The notes beneath the pieces were generated by a model. It was not told where the DNA came from and did no database searches. It saw only the letters and a list, made by a program, of their open reading frames with translations. This document shows, one piece after another, positions 1 to 12,168 of a stretch of DNA of 32,307 nt (positions within the stretch are counted from its first letter, which is position 1; each line of letters opens with the position of its first letter). This stretch comes from Atractiella rhizophila (taxonomy: Eukaryota). The translations under genes were made by a program, and so were the position numbers. The stretch covers positions 1 through 32,307 of the forward strand of contig MU271684.1 of assembly GCA_021432655.1 (NCBI GenBank). Reading direction: 5' to 3'.

Positions 1-922
1 CCTGGTGGCAAGGCAGGAAAATGCGCAGAGTGTCAGGAATTCCTGGAGCGGTTCATGGGCTTGACTAAGAGCACAAAGGTGGAACTTGCCATGCGGCTCT
101 TGAAGAAGTTCCAAAGTGAAGGGGAGGCGAATGGAAAGGTCTATAAGACCATAATTTTCTCGCAGTTTACCCAAATGCTTGAGATCCTCCAACCTTTCCT
201 CGAAGCTGCCGATATTGGCTTTACCAGATGTCAGTGATTCGCTAAATTATATACTCTGTGCGTCCCGAGAGCCAACCTCTTTGAGATAGTGGACGGCAAA
301 ATGAAGAGGGAACAACGTGAAGTTGCTCTGGACGCTTTCAAAACAGATCCGTCTACAGTTGTTCTACTCGCGTCATTGAAAGTATGCAGTTCTCTCCATA
401 TCACGACCAAAGCTGACAGTGCCTCCAGTGCGGCTCAGTTGGTCTGAACCTTACTGCCGCTTGCAGGGTCATCCTTTTTGACCTTTGGTTTGTCTTCTCC
501 ACTGCTTTTGTGGGTGAATTAATTTTAAATCAGGTGGAATCCTGGTTTGTCCTACGTTTTGCATAGCTTGCGTTACTGATGTCGTAAATCTGGCAGCCAT
601 CGAAGAGCAGGGTAAGCTTGTTTCGAACTTCCTTGCACTTAATCTACAAATGACAAATTATCCTTAGCTTTCGATCGCGTCCATCGTATTGGACAGACGG
701 AAAAAGTGCAAGTTTATAAACTTGTCGTCGAAAGTACAGTCGAAGGTTTGATTATGTTACTATCGCATTCCGTGACTAACACCAATTTATATAGAACGCA
801 TCTTGGAGCTACAAGAGAAGAAGCGGGAGATTGCTAGCGCAGCTCTGTCTGGCGAAGGAGCGGCCAAACTCAATAAATTGTCTACTCAAGACATCCTCTT
901 CCTCTTCAAGCGGGATGAGTAG
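1..922 (+). CDS. SNF2-family DNA-dependent ATPase/helicase, C-terminal part (Rad5/Rad16/Uls1-like), 5'-truncated by the window
   Basis: Spliced translation: CAEC...STK...KTIIFSQFTQML...DGKMKREQR...[43 protein letters not shown]...YKLVVESTVEERILELQEKKR...DILFLFKRDE*. These are canonical HELICc motifs. Micro-exons at 534-544 and 597-611; stop TAG 920-922. Confidence 0.93.
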
Positions 923-1199
923 TTGCTTTCTTTCTCACTCAGGTTACAAACTTTGTCTTTGTTGCCTCTCTTGGTGTCTTTGGAGAACTAAGTACCAATC
1001 GTGGTCTTACATCTCAGCCCGCTGTTCTCGAATGTTGTGCTTCTTGCCTTCTCATTTCATCCAGGTAGATTGGGAGAGTTATCATCAGGACATTGGAAAG
1101 AGTCTGGTATGGAACGGAGAATGAACACGTTGGACCCTAAACAAAAGAACACAAACCGACGGATGAGCTTTGGAGAATGACGGAAATTTCTCATGTGCC

Positions 1200-3158
1200 T
1201 CAATTGCGGGTACTCAGCATGACCCTATTCAAGCATGCTACCTTTGCTTGACCAGACAGCCAGAATTTCGTGAGAGCGAACAGAGCTTTCGTCGCCTCTC
1301 TTCTCCCCTCTTGTGTACCCAGTTCGTATTCCTCGCTCTGAATAAGATAAACGTATTGATCCATGGGCAAGACTGAACTAGTTCCGGTTGTAGCAGCAAG
1401 TAAGAGTTCTTGAGGGAAAAAGGCAACGGAGATGTGGAGACGTGTGAAAGCCAAGCACAAGGCGTAAGCCTATGGTGAAGATAACTATGCAGCATCCAGA
1501 TATTTTGAAGGTACACTCACCTCTTGATCCTGCATTCCATACTGTTTCACATTGGCTGCCACCTGCGAAAGCATCGTTCCGATTTCCTCCCCATAATACT
1601 TTGGTGAAGGTCCCTCCAAAATCTTGGGCATTGAAGAAGCATCTAGCACATCATTGCTGGAGCCTCTTCGTGAAGGTGGGCGGCTGCTTCCTGTCCCTTC
1701 TGTGTAAGGTGTTGAGCACTATACATATAGTCGTCAGAACCCAGGTTAAACATTAGGCGATGACCTTGTACCTTTGAAATGAACGAAGCTACAGGAACTT
1801 CTTCTTCAATATTCCTTTCCTCTCCGTTCAAGCATACTTCACGGTTCAAGGGGACACTCCAAGTAACTCCTCCGAATACAAAACTGCGCTCCTTCTTCTT
1901 ATTCATTTTCATGGTTTTGCTGCGTATTGAGAACGCAATATCAGAAAGGAAATTTAAAATAAAAACTCGAGCTTACACAGATTCCGTGAACAAGGATATC
2001 TTGTATGTTTCGGCCAGAAGTTCGAATATCGGGTCAGTCATTCCTGCCAATAAAGCCTGACCCTGAAGTCTGTGCATGGAACCACCGCCAACCGCCAGCG
2101 ACAAACTTTGTATGGCATCGTCGAACACGTTGTTCTTGAGGTCAATCTTCATCTTTGGATTCTCGAGTTCTTCAAGCGTGGGCCGCCCAATGTCGTCAAC
2201 ATATTTCTGTTCGACTAAGCTTTGCGGCATTAAAAGGGGTCAACAAAGGTAGATGAAACAATATACCATCTGTGAGGTGAAAAAATTGAGAGGGTAGGAT
2301 CCTTTGTAAGGGTATACCGGACATGGGAACCACACGACAGGCTTTGATGTGATCGTGGTTCCAATGTTCAACATTCCGGTCGTGGTTGCGCCAGTCAAGG
2401 GCGGGAAGTCCCTCCATGCGGTAAGAGGAATATTCGATAAAGAAAGGATTCTGAGTGGCCTCTTCTTGAAGCGTCGTATCAAAGATTAAATTACTTTTTG
2501 TCGAGGGGAAGGGAAAAGTTGAGGTAGTCCCTATCGCTGGAGGCCTGTTCGCATCTGAAGATTGTATTAGGCCCATACAACCTATGTGAGGACACACACC
2601 TAGCACTAATTTGGAATCTTCCAGCAGCGGAAGCAGTGCGACTGCTCGGATTAAACGTAATGCCAGCTCATCTTTCCCTCCCGAGGTATCTTTCGTGTAA
2701 GGTTCTAACCTTTTCTGCAAGGGCCTCAGATATGGAGCTTGGAAAAAGAGAAAATGAGACATACCTTTAGTTCAGTCACCTTTAAAGACATGTAATGTTG
2801 TTTTAATCGCATGAGGAGCACATTTTTCGTCCCCCATGTTGACAATGAGTCCAATATTAATAGTTCCTGATTAGAATTCAGTATTTTAACTCGGGATAAA
2901 TGTTCCTACCTTCAATCGCTTCACTTTCAGCCCACGGAGCTGAGAAGAGGTGAGACCGGAGGTTTGTGCGCCTTTCAGAAATGTCTGTTTAGAATGACTT
3001 TGTGACCGCAAACTACGAGCTTGATTTGGATTTTCACGAGCTTTCTCGACAATCTCCTCAAGTAAGTCTGATTGTGGTAAACTCATGACGCGCCGAACTG
3101 CTCGACGAGAGCCTGTATCCACCTCCAAAGCTCGGAGTCTCTTTCGCGGCGTCCGCAT
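1200..3158 (-). CDS. Uncharacterised protein with two tandem SAP-like motifs and a putative inactive PD-(D/E)xK-like domain (family copy A, apparently intact)
   Basis: ATG 3158; exons 3158-2910, 2866-2765, then 2714 onward, with GT-AG introns. Spliced: LRGLKVKRLKELLILDSLSTWGTKNVLLMRL and YMSLKVTELKKRLEPYTKDTSGGKDELALRL (SAP pattern), then EHWNHDHIKACRVVP, FGGVTW, PVASFISK, PKYYGEEIGTMLSQ, DQEAY.LCLAFTRLH...QSEEYELGTQEGRREA. Clear homology to the copies at 22.5 kb and 25.1 kb. Confidence 0.8.
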
Positions 3159-3786
3159 GAGAAACGGCAATTTCGGCTTATAACAATGTGGTATCGTGGG
3201 CACTATAATAAGCCAGTTAATCAGGTAAATCGCACGTTTGGATATGTTGCTTACAAGCACCATCGACGAGGCGTCGACAACTGAGAAAAGAACCAGAGTT
3301 AGAGTTATGTTGTTCCATCAATGCCAATCAAGTTGCATCAATATTGCTTGTCACGTGATATGTCAACACCTCTTGAACTGCATGGCTAGATGAGCTGCTA
3401 GATGAGACGCATAGCATTCCTCCTTTGCCAGGCTGATTGGTCGCTGGTTTCGTTTTTCCGCATCGTTCATATTTTTCTGGTGGTGCAACGCTTGGGCGCT
3501 GTGAGTGACACAAATGGTCAGACACCTCTTTGGATCTTTGAAGGTTTGGAGAGAAGTCTTTGCCCATGCCCCATCCTGACGCGAGCGTAGCGATTTGAAT
3601 TGTTCCCGCTCATCTACCTGATCCCTTTCTACCTGGAGAGTGGAGGCTCCGTTAGAAGTCTTGTTGAACTTTGTTGACTTGTGTTGACATGGACGCGTCT
3701 GACCTTAACCAAGCCATGAGATTTAAAGCTCTTACCTCATACTCTCAATCTACCTCGTTTCTCTAGAAAGCAAGAAAGGCGACCTG

Positions 3787-5968
3787 ATGACTGTGAGGGA
3801 TAAAACTTCCAAAAAGCCTCTCGCAATGGCTTCGAAGGACCAAGGGGAAGAAAACAAGGTGTCTCCAGAGTCCGCACTGGAGGGACCCAGTGCGTTACTC
3901 CTACATTGGGGTTGGGTTGTATTACTAATGCCCGTTAATTTCAAGGGAGACAGGGTATTGCTGAGGCGTTACAGTTGCCATCAACGAGTAAGTCAACCCG
4001 AGTCTTCCAATGGTCATTCTAACAAATCGTGAACAGTAACCGAGACATATGTCGTATCTTGTTGGTTTCCGCACTCCGACCAGACCGAATACTGACATTC
4101 AGATCAGCGGAAAGCCCATACAAACGACAGAAAAGACACGAGCGCTTCTATGACCATCTGACGGAGGGAAGTTGGACTAAAGAAGCCTGGAAATTTTATT
4201 CAGACAAGGCCACCGTCAAGCCAACTCTGCTTGGAACAATTGGAGGCAATAGTATCTCGAAATTCTTCGTTAGCGGGAGCGAATGGAATAAAGACCACTG
4301 TGCTATGCTGAGGGCGGTCCCTCATTTTAGAGTCAAAATGACTGCGCATCCCTTTGCTAATTTGGAGAAGCCTGATGGGCAATTCGTCAAGAGACGAGAT
4401 GAGAGTACGTTTTTGGGTTGCCTTTAGCACGTCCCAATGGACTGCTTAATTTTAGGTTTTTACGCATACCTCGGTCATATCGCTGGAATGTTCTCAAAGG
4501 GAAAGTTCGTCCCTATCAATCCCAACAATCGCAATACTCCATACGCTATTTCTGTTCTCAGCGATGCTCTGAAGGAAGCGACCTGTCCCACGGTTCCAGA
4601 ACGAATCACTCCTCTCTCACCTGAGGTGTCTCTGCTGCATATGGACGCTCTAGCGGGACTACCAAGTTGCGCGAAAGGAAGCCCTCCTGAGGAGGAAGAG
4701 CCAGATGAAGATGAAGGAGAAGCAGAAACCGAGGTAGCTGGCACTCCAGATTATCGTCTCCAGGTGTGGATTGAGCATGGCAAACGGGTGCTGAAAGTGG
4801 TGCCATGTTCGAAGGAAGCTCCATTGAAACCGCATCCTCTCCATCAATCAGACACCCAGGAACACCTCTTTGAGGACGTTTGTCACGCTTTTGTTCAACT
4901 TGCTCTTTTCGCTTTGGGCTTTGTTCCTGGAGCGGAAAATACGTTGCGGCCGAAGCGTGCTCCAGACTGGTGGATTTCTGGCTGGACTAGAAATGTTTCA
5001 TTTTTTTGCGAGTACGTTATCTATCTCCAATGTTATCGATATTTCTCCCTAAAGTGGATCCCACAGTAAAATTCATCACACCTATCACTGGGTTATGGGT
5101 CCTCCGACCGACCTAGTTAGTAAGGACGACCACAACAAAGAGGTACACAAGAAGTTACGCTGGACCTGTGTTGACGACGGCGGGTTAATCCTGGCCAAAA
5201 ACGTTGCACCTAACGACAATAATGGAAGGCAAAAAATGGAGTGGTTGGTACTGATGCCTTTTGAAGTGCGTATTTTTGCATTTGCTGGCAATATTTGATG
5301 ATGCAAGATAGGTCAAGAAGAAAGGTGTCAAGCCAATGACAGTTTATCCGCAACACCTCGCAGAGCTGCTAGCTGTTGCCCTTCGCCGATACGCGCCGTC
5401 TGAACAGCTGAGACTATTGGACAAGGAAAACTTCAAAGACGAGATGGTGAGCAAAACGTCCGAATCTTACACTGATGCTGAAGAGTCTCAGGTGTATCTT
5501 CTGGCTCTTCATGGCACCAAAATGCACTTTGTCAATGCAACTTTCACTGGTGACTACTTGTACAAGGTGGTGAACGACATCGACATTGGTAATCTTCATG
5601 TGGATGTCTACCACTCTGAAGAATTCGACCTTCTCAAGCATGACGAGTGTTTGACAGGTTTTAACCATCTCTGCAAGGTTATCTGCCATCTAGCAGATCC
5701 TGAAGCGGTGGTCAGCTCGAAAGTTCTTCGCCACTATGGCCCATATGCTTACCATGTTAACGAAAAATGCCTCGGCGACATCTTCAAGATTATCCCCAGG
5801 TTTACCACACCAACTATTCCCGCCTCTCATTCTCAAGGTTCCCAGCTTCCACTTGCACAGACGAAGATGTACTCCAGCCCGCCGGCAGGGAAACAGAGGC
5901 AGCCGATGTCGTCTGTCATAAACTCCAAGAGTCACTCCGCCAAAGGCCGAAAGAAGGGAAACCTGTGA
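3787..5968 (+). CDS. Putative PD-(D/E)xK restriction-endonuclease-like protein, distant paralog of the SAP-bearing family
   Basis: Multi-exon gene joining ORFs 3787, 4029, 4437, 5095 and 5336. Intron 5266-5311 joins PFE to VKKK in frame with ORF 5336, giving CVDDGGL...LMPFEVK...VYPQHLAELLA...QVYLLALHGTKMHFVNATF...HSEEFDL. The N-terminal block SEWNKDHCAMLRAVP is shared with the family. 5' exons and start are uncertain. Confidence 0.72.
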
Positions 5969-6643
5969 TGCCTGGATATTTTCTGGCAGAGTAACTCCAA
6001 TTCGAAGCCATGTTGTACCTTAGCCGCAAGCCAGCTATGCCTCCTATTTCGAGTTGAAGCTCACATGATATTCATTTGTATTCCAACACTGTCATGACCT
6101 TTACAAGATGTTACAGAACTTCAAACAACCATGAAGTCTAGAAAGTACGATGTTAACGTGTCTAACCTAGAATCTCAATCGCGTTCTCCGGGAAAGTCCT
6201 CTTAGGAGTGATGTTCTCACCTGCCTTGAGCTGACTGCTCAATCTCTCTCATCCTCGCCGTTATCCAAATCATTCAAAACAACATCAACAGTCAAGCGGT
6301 CACGGTTCGCTACCTTAGGCTGATGAATATTTGCAGCCAGAGGGACTGGAGCCATGGGTTGGGATGTGAGACGATGGAAGTGGAGGAAGTCATTTGGTCG
6401 CTGCATTGCCTATTGCAGGTGCATGGGTAGAAAGCTTGGCAGGCTGCATATGCACAGAAACTACGTTCTGATTATCGTATGAATAGATGGTCAAGGATGC
6501 AGAGAGGGGCCAATATACGGCATGAACGTTCGATGACCGAACACTCTTCTCGTTTCCTCCTCAATGAAGTCGACGCCTTCAGGTCTACATGACTCTCTTT
6601 TCGACATTACCATCACTCCTACGGATCTGCGATAAAAGTCTTA

Positions 6644-7050
6644 TCACGCGAGCGACTCTGGCTTCACCAAATAATCAGAACTTGATAACGCAAACAGCGC
6701 CATTGTGCTCACTCGGCTCCATTCCTGCGTTGCCAGCTCGTACCTCTCGCTTTGAAAGAGATAAATGAAACTGTCGCCGGAAAGGAGGGGCTTGGTGGTG
6801 GCGGCAATCAGATGGACTTGAGGGAAGAAAGCAGTGGGAATGTGTAGTCGTGTATGCGTCAAAGAAATGGTATATGCGTAACGAATTGGTGTAAGCTGGC
6901 ATATCGCACGACCTGAGAATGCAACGCTTAGCCCTGCATTCCGTATTTCTTTCACCTGGACTTGAGAAAGCATTGTTCCGAGTTCCCCTCTATAGTTTGA
7001 GTTAGGAACATCCCGCACATTTGAATCTGATGGATCAGCTGAAGAGGCTT
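6644..7050 (-). pseudogene. 3' fragment of the SAP/pseudo-nuclease family (copy D)
   Basis: Translates as NYRGELGTMLSQV..VKE and AYTISLTHTRLHIPTAFFPQ...YLFQSERYELATQE...ALFAL, homologous to the last two exons of copies A-C. The frame breaks after VKE and after ALFAL, and no upstream exons are recognisable. Confidence 0.8.
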
Positions 7051-7744
7051 TGGACAAGGAATAACAGGTCAAACAACATTTTGGCTGTTCCAAGGCTCGC
7101 TAATCCTGAGCAGTAGTGTATGCACCAAGGGTTTATGTATAGCGAGCTTCAACAAAAGGAGAATGCCTGTGTTACTTTATTTCCTTCAAAGAGGGAGACT
7201 TTGTTCCAATTGGCCATGACAACACAATGAAACTCATGCATTGAATCATCATCGACAAAAAAGGATGGATAGTTTGAAATATCAACAATCAACAATCAAC
7301 ATTTTAAAATTGTCCCATAGTACAGTAACTCACTCTGAACTCGGCGCAGAAAATTATTACAAGAGCCTTCAATCTCTCGTTCAGAAATACGATTACTACT
7401 AGTAGTAAACGGTAGTAACAATGCTGATCTTCTTCATCAAGGTCTTCATCATGATGAGGCATTCTGATGGAGTCAGGTGAACTTAAATACTCACAAGGAC
7501 GTTGCGCGCATTAGAAGCTAAAATATCCATTCACCAGGACTCATGGCGCTTGATAAGAAGCACTTTCGGTCCGGCATATAATTTTTCGTACTCTGGATTC
7601 GAGCTGAGGGTACACACAGGAAGTCCATTTTGTATTTCAACAATGTCGACGATTACATGTTACACAACTTGAAACAACCCACGGCCCGAAAATACGAATT
7701 ACAATACATATGTTACGATGTTCATGAAGTTCAGGCTTCTGAAC

Positions 7745-8935
7745 TCAGAATTTCATTCCCGTTCTCTCGCCCAAGAAAGCTCTCATCTCAGGCGGGATTT
7801 TCTCCCTCCCCGCGGCCGCGGGATGGTTTCTCCGCCCCCTCACATGAATTTCTTCCTCACCGTCCTCCAAAGCATCAGCAGCCATAACTCGCTCCCTCTC
7901 GCTCATCCCATGCAGTCCATGTGGAAGTGGGGCGCGGGCTCCCGGCGGCGCCCTTCTTCCCTGAGGAATATTGGTGGGCACTCCAGAGAGTGGGTGGGAG
8001 CGTTGTACAGGGTTGTGGGATGGTGGAGGTGGCGCTGGGCGAGAGGGGTGATTTTGGCGCGGCAGTGGCTTTTGATTCATGGGGATGGGGGGAGGAGAAT
8101 GTCTGGGAGGCTGCCTGTGCATAGGCATACGCCCTGATCCTGACATCGCATAGCTGGTCAGCAATCTCTAGCATGTCGACAGGGAGAAGTAACATACCAG
8201 ATGAACTGCTTGTTGAAGATCGGCTAAGACTTGGAGCGCGGGCTTGCGCTTGTTGCAATGGATGAGGCAATCCTATCGGACACAATGAGGAGTTGTAAAC
8301 TCGGCAGCGAAGTACATACTCTCGAGAGGTGGCGAACGAGACAGCGAACGTCCCCGAGGCATTGCACCTATACGGTCGTCCAGGATCGGTTCATTCTGGT
8401 CATCCTCCATCTGATAGCCGCCAAATTCTTCTTCACATCCTTCATATTCCTCATATTCTTCATATCCTTCCGCAGGATAGGGCATGCCATGATGAGGGAC
8501 GGCAGGAAATGCGGTCCGAAGGTTATGAGGGATGGGGGCGCGTCGACTGTCAATGAGAGGACGTTGATCCAAAAGGTCGCAATAAGGGTTCCCGCTCGAC
8601 CCTTCAACTTCATCCATCGCGCGAACAGTTGGTAGCCCGTACTTCTTCGCTACGATTTCATGGATTTGAGTGGGAGAAAGAGTTGGATAACGCTCGCTGT
8701 AGTCGTTGATTTCATTTTGAATTCGCTGTGCAAGCACGTTCGATGAGGAGAAGGGGACGTTTTGTGCTGGATGCAAGGTTGAGCGGCGCATGGGAGGCCG
8801 CGCAGATGATTGGATGGGAGGTATGTTTAATGGACGAGGCCGAGCATGCCTGGCGCGGTCTCTCTTCAGCGAGTTGATTTTCAAGTCAGAGCCAACTTAC
8901 CATGGATCGCAGCGGAGACTGAAGTCAATGGGCAT
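7745..8935 (-). CDS. Hypothetical low-complexity Pro/Arg/Glu-rich protein (4 exons)
   Basis: ATG 8935 (MPIDFSLRCDP), GTAAGT intron 8900-8850 joining in frame to ORF 8273..8884. Further GTATGT introns near 8320 and 8195 link ORFs 7875..8285 and 7745..8164. Contains an EGYEEYEEYEGCEEEF repeat. No recognisable domain. Confidence 0.6.
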
Positions 8936-10472
8936 GTTGTTGGATTAATTGCTGGATGAAGTTGATCACGTTGAAAGTAGGAGGTTGGAGTGGTATGCTC
9001 GAGATGGTTGGGAATTGGCTACTCCCATCCCTCTTAAATATCAGTGGACACCTAACGGTGCGTCACATTCCCTTTCCTCTCAGCACGGGGCGAACGAGGC
9101 TGACGGCGAACCAGGAGGAACCTCATGACCAGGAGATGATTCGCATCCATACAACCACCGTAGCTCCCCACAGTCGGGAGGTTTGACAAGGTATTGACAA
9201 GGTGTGGCATGCGGGGAATTATGTCGAAATTTCGATGGTTCCATTGGCTCTGATCAAGATCAATGCAAAGTTCGAGTCGCAAATGTCAGTTTGAAAGTCT
9301 CGCACTCTCTATTTGGCTCCGTGAGGTCCGTCCCCTTCGTACGATCTGATGAACGATGCAATACAGTCGGCTTGTTATGTTGCTTCAAAACTTCCGGCTT
9401 GCACTTGTTTGGCCCGCTGCGCCGTTCAGCTGTCAATGTCGCCGCAAACCCCAAGAACGAGGTTCCAATTGCACGCTGGCAGGCTGAGATAGCCACTTTG
9501 GTGCACTCGATACACTCGGTAAATGGGAGACCTGGCCCTGCAACTTTTACGGTGGGAGGCTCTCTAGCTCAAACAAATTCCGAAGCGCTGGGTTGTCCAC
9601 AATACATGAATTCAGTCCAAGAAGTTGCATCGTCTGGACTGCCCAAATTTCAAAGGTGCAAACCTCGTCGGCCCTCCTCATCTCTCACACGTGAAACAGG
9701 GCATTATTATTGATAAACACACACAACTGAGCATGCAACATCGGCAGCAATCGGGAAGCTCACTTGGTTCACTCTGGGTTACATAAGCTGACGAAGGTAG
9801 CAGACGGACATGGATGGAAAATGAACGCATCGATAGCTGTGAGACTACAGATTAATGCGGTCGGTCGCGAACGTCGAGATTGTTTATTCACGTAAGCAAT
9901 CAATATTAGCCCACGACAATCAAGTGCATTGATCACAATTGCACTTGCCCAAAGTGCGGTGCGCAAGGCGAACAACGCAAAGGGCTCAGGGACATTGATC
10001 CTCTTTCTCTTTCTGTGTGCCAGCCAAAGAACCCTCCATCCGATAGATCCCGATACTTTGGGCGGGCGAAAGAACAAAAGAACACATTGAGAATGCAAAC
10101 ACCGTCTCCAGACAATAAACAATGTTGGTTGGGCGTTAAGCTGAAAAGCGGAAGGAGTTCTCACACTCGACGAAATCGCGAACCTCACTAGATCTCACCC
10201 ATCGTGTAAAACACGAACGCGAGCTCCTTACATGCTTTGCCCACCCAAGTCCAGTCCCGCTTTCTCAATCTCAGGCTGGGCGCTCTCACTGACTTCAATC
10301 AATGATCGGCTTTGTGTCGGTCGGGAGAGTCGCAGGGTTAAGAATAGCGATGGAGAGCGAAAAGCAACAGAAGAGATGCATTGACAACAGAAAGACTAAA
10401 CCGTCACATCGCTGTCTCAGCAATTTGGACTCTTTGAGGAGAGAGGACATACCGTCTCCCCTAAACTTTCAG

Positions 10473-11080
10473 TCACTTGAAATCCGCCTCGGCATCCTTC
10501 ACCAGCAACCGTCCCACATTCCTATCCACACCACACCAGGCATCAGGCTGTTGTACTGCGGTGGAGGAGATGGGCGTGTTTACGCTGTGTGCTGTGGTGG
10601 GGAGCTGAGAGGGCGGATGATAAGGCTGCAGCGCTGGAGGCTGATGAGGAGGTGGTGGTCGTGGAGAGGGTGGAGGGGGAGGAAGGGGTAGAGGTTGAGT
10701 TGCCATAGGGGAGGAGGAGGTAGTAGCAGAGGTTGGCGCCTTTGTTTCACTTCGCTTGGGTGAGTTGACCGGTTGCTCGCGTGGAGGGGTTTGCGAAGTT
10801 TTGGCGGTGGCTCAGGAGGGTGGGGGGGTAGGAGAGGTGGAGAGAGCCGCGCGGGTACGAGCTTTGGTTGATACCCTAGCTACTACGCTGGGCTGCCCGC
10901 GCACAGGTTCTGCGAGCCTTTCTTCCCTCCCGCCTTCGAACTCCGCAACCGAGAACCTGACCAGCCCGACCACCTCTTACTCTCCGGCGACTACTCCCGA
11001 AACCCCTCCTGCCACCTACAAAACCTCCCGCCCTTTGTAAACCCCTTCCAAACCCGAACCTCCAGCCAACTCCTCTACCT
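10473..11080 (-). pseudogene. Degenerate low-complexity reading frame near the assembly gap
   Basis: The frame of ORF 10473..10706 extends upstream as coding-like P/S/T-rich and G/E/V-rich sequence, interrupted by in-frame TGA, TAA and TAG codons. Confidence 0.3.
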
Positions 11081-11521
11081 CCCACTTGCGCCTCCCCCTG
11101 CTCTTCCTACCTAACCAGGGCCTCCTGTTATTCCTTAGCAGCGGCAGATGGAGTCGAGGAGGAGGAGGAGGAAACCTCGGGCTTTCTGATTATTTGGGGC
11201 TGGACGAGGATTTTCTGCAGAAGCAGAGGGGGGGTGGGGCAAGGGAGCTGAAGGTTGTTCACTTAGGGTGGTGTCCGCTCTGCAGGCACCACGTCTTCCT
11301 TCACCCTCTTCTCCTCGTCGAGCTCAACCGCTTCCTCCGCTAGTCCCTCGACCAGCGCAAAAACCCCTCCCCTCCCTCAACCTCCTCTCCTGCCCCCTCT
11401 ACTCTCGCCCGCAAAACCTCCACCTCGCCTCCTCCTCCCGGTAGCCCAAGCAGGGAAAGGAAAAACCTAAAGAAAAGCGAAAAACCACACGGACACGCCA
11501 CACCTCCCTCCTACTTTTACA

Positions 11522-11630
11522 NNNNNNNNNNNNNNNNNNNNNNNNNNNNNNNNNNNNNNNNNNNNNNNNNNNNNNNNNNNNNNNNNNNNNNNNNNNNNNN
11601 NNNNNNNNNNNNNNNNNNNNNNNNNNNNNN
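11522..11630. other. Assembly gap (N run)
   Basis: 109 consecutive N. Confidence 1.
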
Positions 11631-12168
11631 TTGTTCACCTTCAACCTACGCAATCCGCCACCTACCCTCCCCAACCACCAAAGAAAACCTAAAACTAGTC
11701 TACTCTCATTCGACCCCTATTGTCACCTAGCTATCTGCTTTCATCTGCGTTCTTTGTTCTTATCAACACAGTTTACAGTTACAACCTGCCTCGTTTACTC
11801 TAAGTCTCTTACGTACTGCTACGTCTAGGCTCTATTCCAAGGACTGTTTGAAGTGTTGGACTGGTCGATTTGTTCGTTGAGTCGTCTTCTCGTCGGACAA
11901 GGTCGCAACAACGAACAGAATATGCGACATGGAAGTCGTCTGCAAAAGTATTGAATGCTCTGACCGTCGTCTGAGAGAATAAACTCGCTAGAGTGACGAT
12001 TCTTCTGGGTATAGTTCATTCAACAAGTGGAAGATCCTCCTCTCCTACCCACACCTGTGGGGAAAGTCTGAGTTTTTATCGTAACTCTATCGATTTTCTC
12101 GCTTTCAAACTATTTAACGTAAACGGATAAGTGAAGTGAAGTAAAGACAGCCAAGAAGCATCGACAGC

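Noticed and set aside
1200..7050. Family copies as a DNA transposon
   Set aside because: No terminal inverted repeats, target-site duplications, or DDE/tyrosine recombinase motif seen by eye; mobility is unsupported.
7281..7301. ATCAACA x3 short tandem repeat
   Set aside because: Ordinary simple repeat, not a CRISPR-like or structured array.
9000..10300. ORFs and a short inverted repeat (CAAGTGCA...TGCACTTG, 9921-9947)
   Set aside because: No homology recognised, and an 8-bp stem is expected by chance; probably intergenic.
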